NCBI GenBank assembly: GCA_001643675.2
Contig: LSRY02000038.1
Coordinates: 806,001-870,000, forward strand
DNA: 64,000 nt
Source: Monocercomonoides exilis PA203
Lineage: Eukaryota > Protista > Preaxostyla
Reading direction: 5' to 3'
Shown piece by piece: positions 1 through 12,391 of the stretch. Each line of letters starts with the position of its first letter. The stretch's first letter is position 1. A program made the position numbers and the translations under genes. The notes below the pieces were generated by a model that saw only the letters and a program-made list of their open reading frames with translations, searched no databases and was not told the origin of the DNA.

Positions 1-1649
1 TCAGATTGTCTCTTCATCGGCAGAGGTGTTTGTGCTGGATGACATTTTTTGTGAGTGTTCAATGCGCAATGCTAAGCAGACACTGGTGATCAAATGCATC
101 AACAAACAGCTGAAAAGGAAAAACTGTCTTGTTGGCGACACACCACACGAAATATCTGCCTTATTTTGACTCAGCCATAGCGATGGAGGAAGAAGAGGGG
201 ATCAGAAAGATAGGCAGGGCGGAGGAGTTTTAGAGGGTTGAGAAGGAGATGAGGGCGTTGGTGAGGGAGGAGAAGGAAGGAGGAGAAGAAGAAGAAAAGA
301 AGAAAGAGAAGAAGAAAAGTTGAATGAGAAGGATGAGGGAAAGAAGAAGTTTATGTATCAATTCTATGTCTTATTAGTCTTTTAGATTCAAAAGAAGAAG
401 AAGAAAGAGAAAGAGATGGAAAAGAAAGAGAAAAAAGAGAAGAAAGAGGAAAAATTGAAGAAGAAGAAGAAAAAGATGTGAAAGAGAAGTAAGAGAAGAA
501 GAAGAAATTAATTTATTAGAAGAAGGAGAAGAAGAAGAATGACTTGAATTCTGTTTAATAATTTGACATTTACCAAAATTTTTTATTTCTTCTTCTCTTT
601 CTCTTTCTTCTTCTTCTCCATCTTCTTCTTCAATTTCTGGCAAAGAAATAAATTCCTCTTTTTCTTCTTCTTCTCTTCTTTCTCTTTCTCTTCTTTCTCT
701 TTCTCTTTCTTCTTCTTCTTCTTCTTCTCTTTCTCTTTCTTCTTCTTCTCCTTCTTCTCCTTCTTCTCCTTCTTCTTCCTTCTTTTCCTTTTCTCCTCAT
801 CCTCCTTCTCCTCCTCCTCTTCATCACATGATTCTTTTAAAATCTTTTATTTCTTCTTCCTCTTCTTCTCATTCTCATTCTTCCCCCTTTCTCCTTCTCT
901 CTTCTTTCAAACAATTTCTTTCCGATAAATAGGATGTTCTTCACTCCATCAGACTATTTTTTCATATCAGCAACCTTCTTTTCTACTGTTCTCTTCGGCT
1001 TCGCATGCAGCTCCATGTGATCCTTCATCACCATTGTAGTTTCCTTGTATTCATTTCATCTCGCTCAAGCACCCCAATAGAGTGACATTTCATTCTCTGG
1101 AGTATACGAAATTATCTGAACAATGATTCTTCACTTTTTTTGTTTAGAAAATAGAATTTCGACCCTTATATGTTATCACAGTTTCATGTTATAGAAAAAG
1201 AATCGCATCATATATTTTTGTGCAAAATTTAACTTTGAACAAAAGATTTTTACAATTATTAGTTACAATAACAGTCTTCAAACAACCATTTTATCATTTC
1301 ATAGAATTACCGCAACAATCAAATGTTATGACTGAAACAACGTTATCAAATATGAATAAAAAAATCAAAAACAAAACAAAACAAAAAAAAAAAATAAATA
1401 AATAAATGTTTGTAGTTTGAAACATTCAAAACACCATTTCCTTTTTAAAATAATAATCAAAAAGCCTTGTTTGAGCAATGCAACATTTTAAATAAAATTT
1501 ATCCAAATTATTGAACTTCAAAATTAGAAATCGAAGCAAGCATGATTCAAAAATGAAAAAAAGTGAAATCTTCAAGTCAGTGAAAGTCTCAAAATAAAAA
1601 ATAATAATTATTTGTTAAAAAATCATTTATTCACATTTATATTTTACAA

Positions 1650-1965
1650 CTCGACTGATCTTTGTCAAACGACTGATCATTGTCCTTCGACTGATCTCGA
1701 CAAAGATCTGTCGATAACCCATTATTATAAATAGAATTTCTGAAAAAATAAGGTAAATTATTGATTTATCATTTCCATATTAAATTATGAATCTTTATAG
1801 ATAAAAAATAAAAAATAAAAAATAAAATTTTGTTTCGTTTTTCATTAACAAAAAATAAAAATAAAATTTAAAAAATTTTTAAATAATAAAAATAATTAAA
1901 CTCGACAAAATTGTCGGTCGAGTTGTCGAGTTGTTTAAAAAATGTCTGTCGGTCGCAGAGGCTTA
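1650..1965. mobile_element. Right terminus of a TIR DNA element with CGACTGATC subterminal repeats (same family as 37555-41505)
   Basis: Three CGACTGATC copies (1652, 1670, 1688) followed by GACAAAGATCTGTC..ACCCAT, an AT-rich spacer, a GTCG-rich cluster and the terminus GGTCGCAGAGGCTTA (1951-1965). The same order of blocks occurs at 41221-41505, which ends in TGTCGCAAAGGCCT. Confidence 0.7.
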
Positions 1966-1997
1966 TTAATAACCCAAGATATTTCACAAGAGACACG

Positions 1998-2030
<33 letters not shown>

Positions 2031-2048
2031 AAAGGAAAAAACCTAAAA

Positions 2049-2287
2049 GTCTAAATTTTTTGAAAAGTTCCTTTTGTTTAATTTTCTAATAAAATAAAAA
2101 TTTCTTATTTTTATCAATTTTCTGTTACGACTCACGTAACTTAACAAAAAAAGAAATAATATCATTGTCAAGATTTTGATTGCATGACAGCGAAATTTGG
2201 TGAGAGGGAACAGAAATTTAATTGAAGAAAGAAATTTTTGTTTTATTAGAAAATTAAACAAAAGGAACTTTTCAAAAAAATTTAGAC
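2049..2287. mobile_element. MITE-like palindromic element, family A copy 1
   Basis: GTCTAAATTTTTTGAAAAGTTCCTTTTGTTTAATTTTCTAATAAAA at 2049 is the reverse complement of 2241-2287 (one-base indel). The inverted repeat extends imperfectly to ~80 bp. A second copy lies at 54658-54898. Flanks are AAAA/AAAT. Confidence 0.8.
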
Positions 2288-2416
2288 AAATGTTATTTCA
2301 TAATGTCTTGGAAAAAAATAATTTTTTTAAATTATTTATTTAGTAATATTAATTCAAATGTATTTTTAATTGTTCAATAATTTTTCTTTTTGATTTTTTA
2401 ATTTTTTTTTATAATA

Positions 2417-4420
2417 GGGTTTTAACTATATCTTGACCCTTTTTCTTCATTCTGACCCAAAAAAGTGAAGCGTTAACGGTTCAAAAAACAACACAATTTA
2501 AAGAAAACAAAATCGAAATGAATTCCTCTAATAACTTTCCTTTTTCCTTCAGCTCGATAATATGTATTATCTTTCTTTTCTTCATCAGAATCGTCGTTTT
2601 TAACATTGATATATTTTCTTTTTCTTTTTTTTCTTATCATCCACAACAGTCTTCACTTCATCTTTCTCCTTTTCATCCATTTCATTTTTCTTTTCAATAT
2701 TCATTTTCAAATGATTTTCCCATTTCACAAAAAGGTTTTCGTCAGTTATCACTTTTCCATTAAAGTTGAATCTATTTCTTCGGGATGGAAGAGGGAAAAT
2801 TGAAGACTCGGTCAGTTTCAAAAGAACTTTACCAGAAGAATCGTGAAGAACACCACTGGAGACGAAAACTTTCTGAATTACAGAAAGAGATAATGCAGTG
2901 TGGATGGCTTGAGGCAGAATGTCGGAAATTGCTGCTCTTTTGGAGAAAGATGAATTAGAAGATGGTGCCTCAAATCTGTTTGTCAGTTCAGATATGAACA
3001 CCGCAAACACTCCTCTATCCAACGATTGACAGAGGTGTGTGCTGTGTGGAACGAAGGTTACAAAGTCGACTTGTTGTTTTTAGAATTCTCTCCAGATCGA
3101 TGGATCTGCGTGAAATGAATGAGAGTCAAGAAGAAGAAGAATGTGTTCATTTTCAAGTGACATGCGTTTTCTTCTTTCGATGATGGAAGGTAGAAGAACG
3201 GTGAGAGCATACCTTTTAAAGCACTCGTTGTCCATCCAGCAGCTTCCATTTGCTCAAATCTCAAGCGTTGGAGATAACAGGGATTTCAGCTTCTCGGGCA
3301 GATTGACACTTGGCCACAAAATGACAGAAGGAAAGGCATATCCGTCCACTGCAACGGCTGCCACGAATGTAGAATTAATCATTCTTTGTGGATCTTTCGT
3401 TAAACCTGCTTTCCTATCTGCTGCATTCACAACAAGCTTTTTTGAAACTGTTGGAACGCGTGTTGAAGATTCGTTGATATTTATTATAATAGCTGGATTG
3501 AAATGGAACTTTTGATTCAGCTCGTCGAGTGTTTTACTCCAGGGTTTTAGAACACTTCTTCACGAAACAGCCAGATGGTTGATGTCCAAATTCTTAGGAG
3601 TTACATTCTTCAGCTCCGGGTGACGCTTGACAAGGACAAATGCCGCAGACATTGAAACTTCTGTAAATGGTACGTCTTCGTCATTGTTGTCGTTTAAAAC
3701 ATTTTCCATCTGAAAAACAAATGAACAAAACATATAAAAAAACCAAAGCAAATCAATTCTCTTGTTTTTTTTTAAAGTTAAACATGTTCCAGACTTTGCT
3801 TCAATGTGAATAATATCCAAAACTCTTAGTTCCTTCTTGCCCACTACTGCTGCAGGTCTGCCAACTTTTCCAACTAGCCTTCCTTTTCTGAAAGTTCTAA
3901 CTGCATATTAAATACCTGTCCGACTGAATTCCTTGGAATTAATAGCATCCATAATACGAACAACTCCATCAACAACTATGTGAGCCATTCGATCCAGCCG
4001 ACTGTGATACTTCCTGTTCTTTCGCGAAGACATTGCTCGCTGCAGTTTTTTCTTTCCTTCTTTTAATTTTATTTCTGTTGATATTTTCATTTTTTTAATA
4101 ATATTTTTTAAATCATAATAATTTTATATTTTTTTAATTGAAATGAAATGAAAAAAATCAAAAACAAACATTTTTAATAAACTGAAGGTTTTATTCCCCA
4201 TGGAACCCTCCAATTCCACACGGAAGTTCAATGAAGGGGCTTAACCCCCCATCTCCACCTCATGCGAAATTGTGTTTGTTTCAAAATGTATTTATTTTTA
4301 TCTATTGAATTCATGTATAAACTAAAAATTCTTTTTTAATATGAAATTGTGAAAAAAGAAACTGATTGAACAAAAATAAAGGTCTTGATAAAATAATAGT
4401 TCAAGATAAAAATATGGCCC
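2417..4420 (-). mobile_element. Decayed pogo/DDE_1 (Tc1-mariner superfamily) DNA transposon, copy 1
   Basis: Minus-strand fragments give HTH-like N-terminus (MAHIVVDGVVRIMDAIN), CENP-B-HTH-like VKRHPELK, NINES (DDE first-Asp region), TFVAAVAVDGYAFPSVILWP and TFVPHSTHLCQSLDRGVF (DDE_1 PxxTxxxQPLD motif). It carries stops and frameshifts and is colinear with 32274-34522. Degenerate termini are GGGTTTTAACTATATCTTGA (2417) and TCAAGATAAAAATATGGCCC (4420); the right end is uncertain (4420-4443). Confidence 0.8.
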
Positions 4421-5197
4421 AATTGGTGGGGGAAAAAAAACTATTTTTTAAAAAGGTTTAAGTTCGAAACAAAATGTTTCACTTCTTCCTTTTTTATAAA
4501 AGTTCTTATCGCATTTCTCAAGTTGCTTTTTCACTTATTTTTTTCATATTGTTGATTTTCAGAAATGTGCAGTTATTGATTGAATGACAAATTTTAATTT
4601 TGAATAGCTAGGATATCAAGAAAATTCTTATAGAAACTTGTTAAAATGATTTTCTCAAAATAAGCGAAATTTTTTTCTCCTGAAATCTTTAATTATTCTT
4701 TTCAGTTATTTTATTTTTTCCAATCAAATTTTTGAAAAGAATCAAAAAATTTGACTCAAATAAAAAAAAATAAAATAAAAACAAAATTAAAAAAACTTGC
4801 AACAAACTAACATGATGAAATATGTGAAGAATAATAAACAATAAAAAAGATTTGTTGCATAACGATATAAAAGCTTAAAACTTCCAATATCAAATATTCG
4901 CTAAGAGAGCATCATTTCAAAAATCAAAAAACGAAATTGAAAAATCATTTGATCTTCAGGCGAAAACAAAGATATTGAAAAAAAGAACATAAATATTTGA
5001 ATAAACCATAACAAACATTTCTGGCAAGCTTTTTGTTTGTTACGAGTTTTGATAATACCGTTGTCTGCTCCACAAAAATTTGGTCAAGTTTAAAAATAAA
5101 AATAAAAATAAAAATAAAAAATATAAATAAAATAAATAAAAAATTAAATAAATTATTTTTAAAAGTCAGTAAAAAGTACTACAAAATCATAATATTG

Positions 5198-8100
5198 TTA
5201 TTGTTCGTGGCTTTCATCTTTGCTGCTTTTGGCCTTCCTTTTCTTGACAACCACAATGACAACCACAACCACAACAACCACAACAACAACAACCACAACT
5301 ATTGGAACAACAATTGCAACAACAGTTCCAGCATTTTGTTTCTTCTTATCTTCTGGAGCAGGTCCTTCAGGAGTTGGACTTGGAGCAGGATCTTCCTTCT
5401 CCTTCAGATACTTCTCATACACATCAGCAGGTTCTGAGTTATCATATTTTGCTCCCATAATCCAGCCAGCTGCAGATTCATCGTAATCATTCGCAAACTT
5501 AAATGCATTTTCCTGTGTGCAGAACTCTTCAAAATCTGGGGCAACGATGAACAGAGATGTCGATTTTGAGCCAGCTGTGTTTGAGCCGTCTATCTCCAGA
5601 TTGTTTGCTGACGGAAGCTGAAGATTCGATGTTGCCTTCGGAATTTCAATGAGCATCGCTCCTGATTTCCCCTTTAGTGCTGAACACGACTTGAACGAAC
5701 ATTTTTTGTTTCTTCCAATCGTCACTGTGGACTCTTTTGAGACCAATAAAATTTCCAAGCCAGCAGAAGCTCCATTCTCTGAATTCACTCCGTTTATGTT
5801 CAATCCCTCGATGCCAACTGTTAAAGAAGTGCTTTTTCTATCTTTAATAACAATCGCTGCTCCATTTTGAACATTCACATTGCAGATCTCCACTCCATTC
5901 ATCGAAGCTGGACTCACACCGCTGAAAGAAAAAGGCGATGAAGAAAACGAAACTGTGTTGCTGCTATCTGTACATGAAACAGTGTTCGTTGCAACTTTCC
6001 TTCCAGTTACACTCACAAGATTACCAACAGAAAAATCATCTTCTTCATTCTCATTTGTTGCCATTTCATCTGGAGATTGTGCTCCAACTCTGACAAATCG
6101 GCAATTGCTGATCTTGAGTGAGGTTGAAATTTCATTTCCAAAAATCAAAGATGACCATTTTGTTCCAGAAGTGGGAAAGTTGAATGCCAAATAACTGAAT
6201 TCCACCTTTCGTTCACATGTAAATAAAGCAGACAATGCGCCAACATCACAATCGATAGCCACTTAAATATTTCCATTTCCATCGCTGTTCACTCCTTCAA
6301 TGGTAACTCCCATGGAGTTGCTTATTGCTATTTCTTCCGCTGTCAATGGACTGTCATCTTTTTCAATCTCTATGGGGTATCCATCAGAACAAAGAACTTC
6401 ATTCAGCAAGCTGAATGCTCCTTTCATTGAACCCAAGGGTTTATCACTTGTCCATCCTTCTCCGATTCCATTATTCTTCAAATAAACTTTTCCACTCAAA
6501 CCAAAATATTTCATGAAATCAACATTTTCACTTTTTTCATTATCATGTCCTACAACAAACCATGAATTTTCATTTCTTGTGTAGTTCACTGCAAAACTTT
6601 TCTTCATTGCTGATGCAATATCATTGAATAATAAATCATTTAGGAGCCACAAAAACAAAGCTGTGTTTCTCTTGTATTCGTGATTCGTACAAAAACAATT
6701 TTTGAATTTCAAGCTGTTTCCATTTTTGGGCCATCTGAATTGAGAGGAAGATTTTATTTCTTGAAATTGAAAAACAATTCCACAGGAAAAGGTGGAATCG
6801 GAACTACTACAAGATGTAAAAGTTGTGGTTCCTCCATCTGCAACTGTGAATGTATCTTCTGCTCTGTTGCTTTTAACGAACAAAGTTCCTAGATAATATC
6901 CTTTGTATTCAACAAAAGAACTTCTGTTGAGAACAAAATCAAATCCTGATTCGTGTGGATAAGAAACAGTGATTAAAGGCCAATCATTCACTTCAATTTT
7001 CTGTAAAGAAAAATCAGTCAGTTCGACATATTCATCAATGAAATAGAAAGGACATTGTGAAAATTTGACTGCATTTGTTTCGTCCATACATTCAACTGTG
7101 TCAATTATCAAGGATTTCCCTTCTGAACATATCAAAAGAAAATCTATGACGTTTATTTCAGAGCCAGGACTGATGAATTTACAATTTCTTAATGTTGGAA
7201 ATGAATTGTAACGATTATTCAGTAACCTATGTTTAACTCCTGTTGATCTTTTAACTTTACAGATTGATTGAGTAAAATGGAAAGACAAATGATTGAATTC
7301 AACTTCTCCTTCACACGTAAAAAAATTTGTTTGAGGATTAACATCACAATTAACATGAGCATTAACATTTTCAGTATCTTTATTATTAATTCCTTCAATT
7401 GTAAGTTTTTGTCCACAACTGAATGTCAAAGCTTCAGCATTTAGTACGCTTGTATCATATTCAATTTTGAGATACAAATTTTCAAAGCAGTCATTTGAGA
7501 ACAAATTATTGAATGCGTCTTTCACTGAACCAATTGGTGTGTCAACATTATTCCCATCCCCATTTCCACTGCTCTTCACATATTTTTTTTCTGAACAATG
7601 ATATCTGATGAAAAAAATATCATAATTACATCCAAAAAAATCTGTTCCAATGATAAACATCTCTTTATCATCTCGAGTGTAATTAGCTGCAAAACTCTTC
7701 TTCATCGCTTATGCAATTTCTTCAAATTTTTCATAATAAACATCAATCTTAATTGCAAAATTTCTTCCAAATTCTCCTTCTCCGCCCATGCATTTGTCAA
7801 AAACGAGATTTCTTCCATCTTCAGGCCAGTTAAGCTGACTTGTTGATTCTATGAACGGTATTTGAATTTCTATGCATCCAAAACGAGATTTTCTTCTTTG
7901 CAGCATGATGAAAAAGTAGTAACTCCTCCATCTCCTACTGAAAATGTGCTTTCACTATTAAGATTGAAGACATTCATAACTCAAGAATCTGCCTTACACT
8001 CTGTAAATGTACTTGCATTTATTTTTACTTCAATTTTTTCCTTTTCATAACCTTCAATATCGATAACAGAATAATATTTTGTCTCTATCTTATATAAAAT

Positions 8101-8742
8101 CAAATTTGACAATATCACTGTTTGCGCGTCAAAAATATGAAAAAGAGCATTCTCCGATGTTAATGAATTTGTTTCATCCGAGTACTCAACTGAGTCCATT
8201 ATCAATGAGCATTCAGATGTGCGCAAAAGATTAAAGTCAATGTTGTTCCCTGTAGCTTCTGGTCGAATAAACCTGCAGTTACTAATTGTTAATACGGACA
8301 GTTCACTATTTATCAAATAAAAAGATGCTTGATCCTCCGTTCTCAATGTTGTCGGAAAATGGAATGCCAAATGTTTGAATTCCGCATTGGCGTCACAAGA
8401 AAAAAGAATACTTCCTGGATGAACGTTGCAATCAATTGCCACTTCGGTATTTCCCTTTCCATCGCTATTCACTCCTTCGATCGTAATTCCTTCGATCTTG
8501 CCGAAAGTTATCGCTTCTGCAGTCAATGGGCTATCGTCATTAACAATTTTCATGTTGCATGCGCTATCGTTGGCCAGCAGATTATGTGCATTTTTCATAG
8601 ATTTTTTTTCCCGCTTAATCTCCAATCCGTCGTTTTCTTCTTTCCCGCTTTGCTTCACATAAGCTGTTGTAATTGATTCAGATGGTTCTTCTTGTAAGTG
8701 AATCGATGTCAAAATTTGGAAAAGAATAAGCACAAAAAACAT
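5198..8742 (-). pseudogene. Pseudogene of modular type-I surface protein (signal peptide, 3 repeat modules, poly-Val TM, basic tail)
   Basis: ORFs 8742-7981, 7906-7709, 7705-6263 and 6262-5198 are colinear with the intact paralog 56300-58819. Disablements are an in-frame TGA at 7981-7983, a frameshift near 7880-7900, TAA at 7709-7711 (Ser in paralog) and TAA at 6263-6265 (Glu in paralog). Confidence 0.85.
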
Positions 8743-10924
8743 TCATCAAAGCCTTTTTGAAAAAATTATTGCTCTAGATCATTTATTCCGTTAATTAAAA
8801 TTAGAAAATTGATATGAGAAAAATTTTTAACGTTTGTTTTAAAGCAAAAATTTGTTCAAAACTTTTTCTGCTATTATATCACAATGCGTGTATCCTTAAA
8901 ACATCCACAAAGAAATGAATTGAATAATTATCCATATTAATTGTTAAATTTTAAAGTTTTGTGAACAAACATGTTTATTTTTTAGAAATAACAAAAGAGT
9001 CTTTATGAAACGAATGACTTTGATCATTGCTTTCATAATTAAATACTATGAATAGAAAAAATAGCTTAATAGTATTGGAAGTACTGTGGATAAAGATATG
9101 AAATTTTTAATGATAATTTATCGCAAAAGGAAAAGTTACACATTCAAATTGAAATGGATGAAAGCAGCAGCGTTCCGGAGAAGCACTAAATTAAATTCCA
9201 ATTCTGAAAATTAGAAAAAGAAGACTATGCTTTTGAAAATTTTGACGAAGATTTAGAAATTTTCATGTCTATTGAAGAAGAAAAAGATGAATTGTGCTTT
9301 CATAAAGTATCTGTGTCATAGAAATAATTTGTGAACTGAACTAGAAGATCCATTGCTGATGCTTCGAAAGACTTTGAGATGGATAGGAGTCAGCTGCGGC
9401 TAACGATTGCGTCAATGAGAGAATTCGCACACAATTTAGCATAAGCACTTGCACATACACAGCAAGGAATTTATACATAGAAATGAGGCTTGATTTTATT
9501 TTGAAACCACCTGCGAAAAGAAGCCTGACTCCATTTCATTTGGGCTCAAAGTGCTCAATCTTCTTCTTCTTCTCTATTTATTTATTTTGAAGCCCAAGAT
9601 TGAAGCAAGAGAAGTTCATAAATGAGGTTTATCTATCTGCGTATCTGTGCAATTATCACTCTGCTGTATTCATCACAAAAGGAGAAGAGATTCAAGCTCC
9701 ATTCCAATCATCTTACTTCTATTTATTTGTGGAAGCGATGCTTGGCCGTGCGATGAGACAGAAGGCAGACATCTTGGCGATGAAGAGCATTGCATTTGAA
9801 CTGGTGAACTGAGCTGGTTCTGTTTCCAAGGAAGACAAACAAACAAACAAAAAAGAAAGAAAGAAAGAAAGAAAGGCTAAAGCTGATTCAGAAGGCAGAG
9901 AAGGCGCCGCTGAACAAACTGAGGAGCGAAGGCAAAGAGAACAAAAGGAACTAGCACATTGACTACAGCATGAAATTCATTAGAAGCATTGCTGATCCAG
10001 TCACTCAGGAAAAGACCGCAAAGGTGGCTGCTTATTTGCACACTGCATTTCCAATCCACAAGATATTGCTTGATGGCACAATGAATCCTTCTCTACTCTC
10101 TCTGAGCTGTCTGTCATAAGCTCCTTCTGATGCGGACTGGCGAGTTTTTAAGAGAAGACGAGAAGTTGTGAGCGATGTTGTGTTGAGTTGTTCATTGATG
10201 CTTGCTTGATTCTAAAGATGTTCAAGCGCATGGAAGACGATGAGATTGAATGCATTCAGTTTCTGAACAAGATACAGACACAGCAGGCTATTTAGCAGAA
10301 GAAGACAAGAAAGATGGCTTCTTCTTCTTCTTCTTCTTCTTCCTCTTCTACACCCAATCGTCTCACTCTTCATTATGTATTTATTCGTTTACCCCGATTC
10401 ACAAATCGCACATTCTCTTCTCTATTGACAATGGCAGGCACAAATGAGATGTCAATGGTGTTTCATTCAGAGAACTATGTCTGTAATGACAATTGAATAG
10501 ACAAACTGAGTGATTGTGCTGTTGAACACACACTGCACAATTTGTGAAGAGCAGTTTGATGGTGTTGAGGAAGTGTATGGTGAAGTGTGTGGATAAGAAG
10601 AAGGTGGAGATTAAGAGATAAAGAGATAAGGAGAAAAGGAGAAAAGGCAACCTGATCGAAGAGAGGGAATTATTTTTGGATGGACTAACCAGACGAGCCA
10701 ATAAGATAACTTCTTCTTCTCATCAAAAGAAATGAATTTTTGTATCAATTGAGCTGCAGCTTTTATTCTTCTGATTGCCATTGTTATTCACTCATTCAGT
10801 TTCATAAAGGTGGCTGGATTTATCAGAATGGACTAATTTCACATTGCTCATTTGAGGTAGCAGAAGTACAGTATTAGACTATGAAAAGTGAAGGAAAAAC
10901 AATACAGCTTCATTTTGCTTTGTT

Positions 10925-11745
<821 letters not shown>

Positions 11746-12391
11746 TTCAAATTATCTGAACTGAATCAGAATGTTCTCAAAAGTCAGTTAATTGTTTTTA
11801 CAATTGAATTACATTTATGTTTTGAGCTTGATTGTGATTTTTGTGCATTTTAATTCAAAATACTAAAGGGAGAATCAGCGTTGTTTTAAAGTTTTTGCAT
11901 TTTTGATTTGAAGCCAACTTGATCTTTGTTTCGTCAATAAAGAATTTATTAAAAAGTTCAACTTTATTTTTCGTTCATACAAAAATGTATTTATATCAGA
12001 AATTAAAGTCAAAATTAAGATTTGAATGAAATCGTAAAAATATAATTTCAAAAATTTTTATTTGCTTTTTTTTGACTTATGAACATAGGTAATTGATTCA
12101 TTTTTTGTAAAGCTAAGATCATATTTTTTTGAAAGGACAATTATATCTTTTCAGTTGAATTTGTTTTATTCTTTATTTGTTTCATTTCAGATGAGAAAAA
12201 TTCAATAAAAATGAATGTTTTAATTTTAAATCATTTGAAAATTGCGAAATTATGTTTTTTTTTCCTGAAGATTTTCGTTTCTCGTAATATTTCAATTTTG
12301 AAGGTACTTTACAACAATGATTTACAGATTCAAAAAAATATAGATATTATTTATTAGATCTAAATTGATCGCAAAAAGATTGTTCCTCAAA

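Noticed and set aside
1-1130. Gene call for the low-complexity Ser/Glu region
   Set aside because: Broken by stops, truncated by the window edge, and no recognisable domain.
1650-1720. CRISPR-like array in the CGACTGATC repeats (also 41221-41290)
   Set aside because: Repeats are 9 bp with ~9-11 bp spacers, only three units, in a eukaryotic context with no cas genes. They fit transposon subterminal repeats better.
1998-2026. Poly-A run as a retroposon tail
   Set aside because: No upstream SINE/LINE body or TSD. A-runs are common in this genome.
6263-7983. Stop-codon reassignment or readthrough (e.g. UAR=Gln as in some oxymonads) explaining the in-frame stops
   Set aside because: The stops align to Ser, Glu and a small deletion in the paralog rather than to Gln. 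A frameshift is also present, and intact genes in the window end in TAA/TAG.
9050-10900. Gene call for the coding-like region
   Set aside because: Only short ORFs on both strands, with no motif or reliable strand. Probably a decayed gene but not supportable.
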